Source: Octopus bimaculoides
Lineage: Eukaryota
Length of the DNA: 43,579 bases
Direction: 5' to 3'
NCBI RefSeq assembly: GCF_001194135.2
Contig: NC_068991.1
Span: 20,011,062 to 20,054,640 of the forward strand
Shown piece by piece: positions 35,644 to 43,579 of this stretch; within the stretch, counting starts at the first letter, position 1, and every line of letters begins with the position of its first letter. The translations under genes were made by a program, and so were the position numbers. The notes beneath the pieces were generated by a model. It ran no database searches, was not told the DNA's origin, and saw nothing but the letters and a program-made list of their open reading frames with translations.

Positions 35644-36002
35644 TTTTTAAGCCTGAAGAGAGTAATATAAAACCGAAAGTAGAGGGAATCTATTACGCCC
35701 AAAGTCAGTGCTTGTCGGTGACCTATTCTTTACATGCGGACAACTTGCGCTTTGTTATGCACACATTCTCTTATCGCGAATGATCTGAAATAAGAATCAA
35801 AGTAACATGCGGTCGATTAGAGATACGACTGGGATACAGGAACCGGCGAGAACGTTGTACAGTTCGGTTAAAATCCAGTTTACTTGAATTGTTTTAATAA
35901 AATGTTTTTCACATTCACTGCCTATACTAAGTACTTCATTTTTCAATTACCTTAATATGTATCACTGATGAGGCAATAGCCTAGCATTTACGTATGTATG
36001 CA

Positions 36003-36034
<32 letters not shown>

Positions 36035-36038
36035 AACG

Positions 36039-36135
36039 TTTTTTAATCATGAAACTGTGGCCATGCTGGAGCATCATCTTGAATAATTTTAATCGAACGA
36101 ATCGACCCCACTAATTATTGTTCTTAAGACCTGGG
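36039..36135 (-). mobile_element. SINE family B, 3' tail fragment
   Basis: CTGTGGCCATGCTGGAGCATC...ATCGAACGAATCGACCCC. Confidence 0.75.
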
Positions 36136-36849
36136 ACTCTTATAGACAGACATACAACTCGATAGATAGATTAGATAGANNNNNNNNNNNNNNNNNNNNN
36201 NNNNNNNNNNNNNNNNNNNNNNNNNNNNNNNNNNNNNNNNNNNNNNNNNNNNNNNNNNNNNNNNNNNNNNNNNNNNNNNNNNNNNNNNNNNNNNNNNNNN
36301 NNNNNNNNNNNNNNNNNNNNNNNNNNNNNNNNNNNNNNNNNNNNNNNNNNNNNNNNNNNNNNNNNNNNNNNNNNNNNNNNNNNNNNNNNNNNNNNNNNNN
36401 NNNNNNNNNNNNNNNNNNNNNNNTATATATATATATATATATATATTTATCACTATATATTTCTGTCTTCGTCGTATCCCCTCCTCTTTCTTCCGTTCTT
36501 TCTTTATTTCTTTCCTTCATTCCTTGCTTCATTTGTTCATTAGTTCTTTCTTTCTTTCTTTCACTATGAGTATTTATTTATTCGTCTCATTCAATTTTAT
36601 TCTTCCTTTTCATTCTTCCATCCAACATTTTGGCTCTCCTATCCAGTTCTTTCACACACACACACACACACACATACACACACATACACACACACAATCA
36701 CATACTCACACAGATATGTACACATACACACCTAAGCAACACCATACACAAAAACAAAACCAAAACACATAGACTCACACACAAAACACATACTCAAAAT
36801 GGGCAGGTACAAACGCACACATATATGCGCGCGCGTACACAAACTCACA

Positions 36850-36897
<48 letters not shown>

Positions 36898-37126
36898 CAA
36901 ACAAACAGAAATACACGCACACGCACATACACACAACACATACACACATATACACACACATACGCGAGCGACGTACACAAAAACACAATGTAAACAACAG
37001 ATAGAAACATAGAAAACATACGCACACACAAACCACCCGCACAAACCAAGAACGCACAAACACACAAACATGCAACCAACCCATACACACACAGAAAATC
37101 ACACAGACATAGCATACTCAGAAACA

Positions 37127-37159
<33 letters not shown>

Positions 37160-37354
37160 CATATAGTCTGACATATACACACACACGCACTCATGCACAT
37201 ACACACATGCTTTCGATGTCTCCTTCTCTTTCTCTCCTAGCAATGTCTCATTGCTATGATTCTCGCCCAAAGAGGCAACTTCAAAGAAACAGTGTTTTAA
37301 AAGTTTTATTAGCTGTTCAGCTAAACTAAGTGTTTATGGCCGCCTGTTCGCAAC

Positions 37355-37870
37355 GTTGTGACCGTTCTCATTTCACTTAGCGAGTAATGGCGGCCGGTCT
37401 CATTTTCGCAGCCATCTTAATAATATGCATGTAGCGGTCGTGTTTGTGTCGGTTTGGTCTTAACTGTGCAATGTAAACTGTGTTTGTGTGTATAGGTACA
37501 TGTACGTGAGCGTCTGTTTATGTTCGTAGTGTGTTTGTATGTTTTATGTATTTGCAGCATTGTGTGACTGTCCTCATTTCACTTAGCCAGTAATACTGTT
37601 CGTCTTCATTTCGCAGCCATCTTGTAATGTGCAAGTAGGGGCCGTTGTTTGTATTGGTTCGAGTTTAACTGTGTGTAGAAATGGTGTGTGTGTCTGTGCG
37701 TGTGTGTGCGTGCGTGTGTGCATGCATGTGTCTGTGTTTGCATCTGTGTGTGTATGTGCGTGTGCTTGTGTATGCATCTGTGTGTGTGTATCTGTGCGTG
37801 TGTGTAGCGGAGGATGCATTTGTATTGTAATGTGGAAATAGCGTCCATGTTTGTATTAGATTTAACCTTG
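37355..37870. repeat. Degenerate direct repeat of a ~120-bp unit at a ~205-bp period (two full copies and one partial)
   Basis: CTCATTTCACTTAGC.AGTAAT...TTCGCAGCCATCTT...TAAT.TGCA.GTAG...GTTTGT...TTAACTGTG at about 37357-37470 and 37563-37675. Partial third copy TGTAATGTG...GTTTGTATT...TTTAAC at about 37826-37866. Confidence 0.8.
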
Positions 37871-38061
37871 TAATATAAACGTGTGTGAATATTTTTGATG
37901 TGTAAGTGATTGTGTGTGTATGCGTAGAAGTGGTTAGGTATAGTTGTCTATACATATACACACACATAGACACACATAAGCACACAAACGCGTATATAAG
38001 TATATATATATATATATACACTCACGCACACAAACACACACAGACACATCTATATATAAGT

Positions 38062-38388
38062 GGGCGCAGGTGTTGATGTGTGGTAAGAAGTTTGCTTCAA
38101 AATTTCATGGTTCCGGGTTCAGTCCCACTGCGTGGCACCTTGAGCAATTGTCTTCTACTATAGCCACGTCTCGACCAAAGCCTTTGGTAGACGGAATCTA
38201 AAGGAAGCCTGTCGAATGCGTGTGTTTGTGTGGGTGCAAGCGTGTGTATGTATGTGTATGTGTGTGTTTTTTGTCTCTGATTGCCTCAACCACCACTTAC
38301 CAGACGGTGTTGGTGTGTTTACGTCTCCGTAACATGGCGGTTCGGCAAGAAAACCGATAGAACAAGCGACAATATTTTAAAACGTAAG
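38062..38388 (+). mobile_element. SINE family B, cut by an N gap
   Basis: Head GGGCGCAGG, GGTTCAGTCCCACTGCGTGGCACCTTGAGCAA, degenerate (TG)n, and second half up to CCGATAGAACAAG. Confidence 0.88.
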
Positions 38389-39260
38389 NNNNNNNNNNNN
38401 NNNNNNNNNNNNNNNNNNNNNNNNNNNNNNNNNNNNNNNNNNNNNNNNNNNNNNNNNNNNNNNNNNNNNNNNNNNNNNNNNNNNNNNNNNNNNNNNNNNN
38501 NNNNNNNNNNNNNNNNNNNNNNNNNNNNNNNNNNNNNNNNNNNNNNNNNNNNNNNNNNNNNNNNNNNNNNNNNNNNNNNNNNNNNNNNNNNNNNNNNNNN
38601 NNNNNNNNNNNNNNNNNNNNNNNNNNNNNNNNNNNNNNNNNNNNNNNNNNNNNNNNNNNNNNNNNNNNNNNNNNNNNNNNNNNNNNNNNNNNNNNNNNNN
38701 NNNNNNNNNNNNNNNNNNNNNNNNNNNNNNNNNNNNNNNNNNNNNNNNNNNNNNNNNNNNNNNNNNNNNNNNNNNNNNNNNNNNNNNNNNNNNNNNNNNN
38801 NNNNNNNNNNNNNNNNNNNNNNNNNNNNNNNNNNNNNNNNNNNNNNNNNNNNNNNNNNNNNNNNNNNNNNNNNNNNNNNNNNNNNNNNNNNNNNNNNNNN
38901 NNNNNNNNNNNNNNNNNNNNNNNNNNNNNNNNNNNNNNNNNNNNNNNNNNNNNNNNNNNNNNNNNNNNNNNNNNNNNNNNNNNNNNNNNNNNNNNNNNNN
39001 NNNNNNNNNNNNNNNNNNNNNNNNNNNNNNNNNNNNNNNNNNNNNNNNNNNNNNNNNNNNNNNNNNNNNNNNNNNNNNNNNNNNNNNNNNNNNNNNNNNN
39101 NNNNNNNNNNNNNNNNNNNNNNNNNNNNNNNNNNNNNNNNNNNNNNNNNNNNNNNNNNNNNNNNNNNNNNNNNNNNNNNNNNNNNNNNNNNNNNNNNNNN
39201 NNNNNNNNNNNNNNNNNNNNNNNNNNNNNNNNNNNNNNNNNNNNNNNNNNNNNNNNNNNN

Positions 39261-39301
<41 letters not shown>

Positions 39302-39428
39302 AAACTTAACTTCTTCCCTAAAAAAAGTTACTAACATCCTGATAAAAAAATTTCGTTACATTTTTTTAGAAAAATAATTTTCTAAAAAACAAAATCACCT
39401 TGACGCTTCAAAACTGTATTAAGTAATT

Positions 39429-39466
39429 CTCATAGACTTTCATATATATATATGAAAGTCTATGAG
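39429..39466. repeat. Perfect 38-bp palindrome centred on (AT)6
   Basis: CTCATAGACTTTC-ATATATATATAT-GAAAGTCTATGAG equals its own reverse complement. Confidence 0.97.
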
Positions 39467-39967
39467 TATGCATGACTGTCTCTCTCTGTTTGTGGTTTGT
39501 GTCTAATCTATGCAACTGGACATGTGGATCTCTTTCTACGTCTGTGAATGCCTTCGTGTATGTCCGATTGCGTGAACGCATTTGAAGTGTCTGTGCTGTC
39601 GGGGTGTGTAAGATAGGAGAAATATAGAGAATGACCAGGTGAGAAGAGGGCCAACCAACGATCTATACGTGGGTGACTAACTTTTATGTTCAACGCGTCA
39701 ATTACCCACGTATACATTGTTGGCTTGCAGTATTAACAGAATAAACATTTAATAAAAGTGTACAATACGTAGACCATTGCTTCGCAACAATTTTTCACTT
39801 GCCGTACACTTATATTCTTTTCAAAATTCGGCGGCACACCTCAACTAAAAATATAACTAAAAGTATAGGGGGAAAAAATTATATTCAGGTTACACTGCGG
39901 TACACGTGGCATCGTCTCGTGGCACACCTGTGTATAGCGGCATTCCGATTGCGGAGTACTGCTATAG

Positions 39968-40896
39968 ACACAAGACAAGATCAGCAACTTCAGGGGAAGG
40001 ATTAAGTTGATTGATAACAACATCAACACCAATGCTTGACTGGTACATTTTTCATATAACCACGAAATGATGAAACGTAATGTCGACCTCGGCAGAATTT
40101 GAACACATAACATAAAAACGGACGAAATGTCGCTAAGCATTTTCTTCGGTGTGCTAACGATTCTGTCAGCTCACCATGTTAATGGAAGTGTAACAATGGT
40201 TTCAAATTTCGCCACAAGGGTAGTAATTTTCGAGGAGGGGATGAGTCGGTAATATCGACTCCAGTGTTCAAATGGTACTTATTTTTATCGAACCCGAAAG
40301 GATGAAAAGTAAAACCCAACCTTGCCGAAATTTGAACACAGAACGTAAGACAGACAAAATTGCACAAAGCATTTTGTCCAGTATGCAAACGATTCTGCCA
40401 GCTCGCCACATTCGTTGAAGCATAATAATCTTTTCTATTAAAGGCACAATACCTGAAATTTTGTGTGTGACAGGGTGGGGGTGACTAATCGATTACATTG
40501 ACCCCAGTGTCCAACTGGTACTTATTGTATCAAACCCGAAAGGATGAAAGGTAAAGCCAACCTTGGCGAAATTTGAAGTCAGAAAGTAAAGACAGATTAA
40601 ATGCCACTAAGCATTTTGTCCGGCATGCTAACGATTCTACCAACATAAACCCATATTATGCTTCATAGAAACATAATAATGGTTTTCAATATTAGTACAA
40701 ACTCGGCAATTTTTAAGAAGGTACCTAACTCCATGGCATCGACCCCAGTACTCAACTGGTACTTATTTTGTCAACCACAAAAGGATAAAAAGCAAAGTCG
40801 ACCTGGACGGAAGTTGAACCCAGAACCTAACGAGCCGAAAGATATGCTGCGAAGCAATTTGTCCGACGCGCTAACGATACTACTAGCTGGCCGCTT
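39968..40896 (-). mobile_element. Four head-to-tail family C SINEs (39968-40175, 40192-40407, 40422-40644, 40673-40896)
   Basis: Each has the tail, ACTGGTAC core, GAAAGGATGAAA, TTTGAAC B box and GCTAACGATTCTGCCAGCTCGCC-like head. Spacers are 14-28 bp. Confidence 0.9.
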
Positions 40897-41719
40897 TAAT
40901 GAAAGTGTTATAAGACAAATGTGGTACTGCCATATTTTGGCGGAGGCAGGGGTGAACTGTGGTGAGGGTGCGTAGCGAAAAGACTTAGAGTGGGTGTAAT
41001 GGAGGGAAAATGGACGAAGATCAGAGAAAGAGCGGGGAAGATGGAAGGCGGGAGATCAAAAAAGAGATACATAATGCNNNNNNNNNNNNNNNNNNNNNNN
41101 NNNNNNNNNNNNNNNNNNNNNNNNNNNNNNNNNNNNNNNNNNNNNNNNNNNNNNNNNNNNNNNNNNNNNNNNNNNNNNNNNNNNNNNNNNNNNNNNNNNN
41201 NNNNNNNNNNNNNNNNNNNNNNNNNNNNNNNNNNNNNNNNNNNNNNNNNNNNNNNNNNNNNNNNNNNNNNNNNNNNNNNNNNNNNNNNNNNNNNNNNNNN
41301 NNNNNNNNNNNNNNNNNNNNNNNNNNNNNNNNNNNNNNNNNNNNNNNNNNNNNNNNNNNNNNNNNNNNNNNNNNNNNNNNNNNNNNNNNNNNNNNNNNNN
41401 NNNNNNNNNNNNNNNNNNNNNNNNNNNNNNNNNNNNNNNNNNNNNNNNNNNNNNNNNNNNNNNNNNNNNNNNNNNNNNNNNNNNNNNNNNNNNNNNNNNN
41501 NNNNNNNNNNNNNNNNNNNNNNNNNNNNNNNNNNNNNNNNNNNNNNNNNNNNNNNNNNNNNNNNNNNNNNNNNNNNNNNNNNNNNNNNNNNNNNNNNNNN
41601 NNNNNNNNNNNNNNNNNNNNNNNNNNNNNNNNNNNNNNNNNNNNNNNNNNNNNNNNNNNNNNNNNNNNNNNNNNNNNNNNNNNNNNNNNNNNNNNNNNNN
41701 NNNNNNNNNNATATATATA

Positions 41720-41755
<36 letters not shown>

Positions 41756-42100
41756 TGTATATATGTAGACAAGCATATATGTATTCATACACCTTTCTAT
41801 GTAGGTACGTGTGCATGTCTGATGTGAATACCTGAGTATGTATGCGTACGTCTGTGCATGTATATATGCTCATGTATATATATGTGTGTCTACGAATGTG
41901 TATGTATATGTATGTATGAATATATATATATATACATGTGTGTATGTGTGTGCGCATGGGTGGGTGTGTTTGTGTGTGTGTGTTTATGTGTGTGAGTGTG
42001 TGTGCGTGCGGTTGTATTTCATGCGAATTCTCATGGCATCATTTTCTCATCTTGTATTCTTTGATGGTACTTTATAGCAATAAAAACTGATTGAATGTAA

Positions 42101-42153
<53 letters not shown>

Positions 42154-42272
42154 GCTCACACACACGCACACACAAGCTCACACACGCGGGGTCTCAGACA
42201 TGAGCAAACAAAATACATACACAAAATCAAAAACATAAACGAACAAGAAACGCGATACAAAGAAGGACCACG

Positions 42273-42312
<40 letters not shown>

Positions 42313-42797
42313 AATAATCACAGCGGCAACAACGACAACAACAACAACATAACAGCTATCAGTGACGACAACAAAACTAAAACGAGGCGAGGAAAAAAAA
42401 TTACCGATGAAAATTCTTAATAACAATAAAAATACAATAGAAGCCACATACATAAATTAACATAAATGCATATACATACGTGTATAAACATATGCATATA
42501 TATAAGTGTATAGACACACACACGCACACACGTATACATATACATATATTTATATACATATATATTTATATACATATATATTTATATAGACATATATATG
42601 TATACATGTGTGTGTGTGTGTGTGTGTGCGCGTGTATAAGCGGGTATAGGAACAGGTGTTTAAATACACATATACATATTTACAGGCACATATATATATA
42701 TATACACATGTTCGAATGCACACGCATATAGAGAGTAAAGTATGAAGACGTGAGTGTATACGCATGCATATACACATAGTAGAGACACATGCAGGAA

Positions 42798-42840
<43 letters not shown>

Positions 42841-42841
42841 A

Positions 42842-43172
42842 GTGAAGGTGCATGGCTCAGTGGTTAGAGTGTCGAGTTTACGATCGTGAGGTTGTGAGTT
42901 GGAATTCTGGACCGGGCTGCGTGTTGTGTTCTTGAGCAAGACACTTTATTTCACGTTCCTCTAGTTTACTCAGCTGTAGAAATGAGTTGCGACGTCACTG
43001 GTGCCAGGCTGTATCTGCCTTTCACTTGAATAACACTGGTGGTGTGAAAGTGGGGAGGATGGTATGCATGGGTATCTGCTGGTCTTCCATAAACAAACTT
43101 TCCCGGACTTGTGCCTGGGAGGGTAACTTTCTAGGTGCAATCCCATGGTCAGTCATGACCGAAGGGGGTCTC
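42842..43172 (+). mobile_element. SINE family A, full-length reference copy, directly after (CTAT)n
   Basis: A box TGGCTCAGTGG (42853-42863), B-box-like GTTGGAATTC (42898-42907), CORE-like TTGTGTTCTTGAGCAAGACACTTTATTTCACGTTCCTCTAGTTTACTCAGCTGTAGAAATGAG (42924-42986), 3' hairpin GGTCA-GTCA-TGACC. Confidence 0.92.
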
Positions 43173-43344
43173 AGCACATATGTAATATACATACATATAT
43201 GCATATGCATAAACGCATATTAGCAGCACATGTAATCGAATATATATATACACTTATTCGTAGGTACAAACACATATATTCATATCAGCACATGAAGGGA
43301 CACATATATTTATGTATAAATGCATATATATATATATATATATA

Positions 43345-43380
<36 letters not shown>

Positions 43381-43579
43381 TGTGTGTGTGTAAGTGCAAG
43401 CACAGAAAACACACCCACACCCACACACAGACACACACATATGCGCATACGCGCGTGCACACACATACTTGTGCGTGTGTGTGTGTGTTAACATGTAGAA
43501 ACACACTCATACATGCACACATATATATGCGTGTTTGTATATGTGTGTATGTGTATATACGTATGTATGGGTATATATA

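Larger units (their letters stand above)
6022..41710. other. 14 assembly gaps (about 6.9 kb)
   Basis: N runs at 6022-6375, 7527-8146, 13760-14444, 15229-15941, 17026-17534, 19507-19695, 21340-22178, 22870-23525, 24999-25050, 31871-32278, 33202-33315, 36180-36423, 38389-39260 and 41078-41710. Confidence 0.98.

Noticed and set aside
5946-41957. Long ORFs of 150-446 aa in the track
   Set aside because: They run through N gaps (X residues) or translate dinucleotide and trinucleotide repeats (HT, YI, CV, poly-T/V/R); no coding signal.
42842-42915. tRNA genes at the SINE heads
   Set aside because: A and B boxes are present, but they continue into SINE bodies and lack a complete cloverleaf.

Overview
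Repeat-dominated eukaryotic DNA with no protein-coding gene I can support. There are 14 N gaps totalling about 6.9 kb, and most abut microsatellites. The SINE repertoire and the very high di-/tri-/tetranucleotide microsatellite load point to a draft octopod (Octopus-like) genome; this is inference, not a database result. The window holds about 35 tRNA-derived SINE copies or fragments built from shuffled modules (CORE-like, V-like, Meta-like cores with alternative 3' tails). It also holds fossil non-LTR retrotransposons (CR1/L2-group, Tx1/L1, Hero, Penelope, possibly R4/Dong), Tc1/mariner and hAT non-autonomous elements, and several unexplained repeats. Nearly all long ORFs in the track are microsatellite or N-gap artefacts. 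I found no convincing new biological system. The strongest observations concern retroelement mechanics: a LINE/SINE shared 3' stem-loop with compensatory changes, a SINE with an internal microsatellite, a hairpin where SINE copies truncate, head-to-tail same-strand SINE chains, and a 17-mer array that looks like a templated insertion. Family labels A-E are my own working names.
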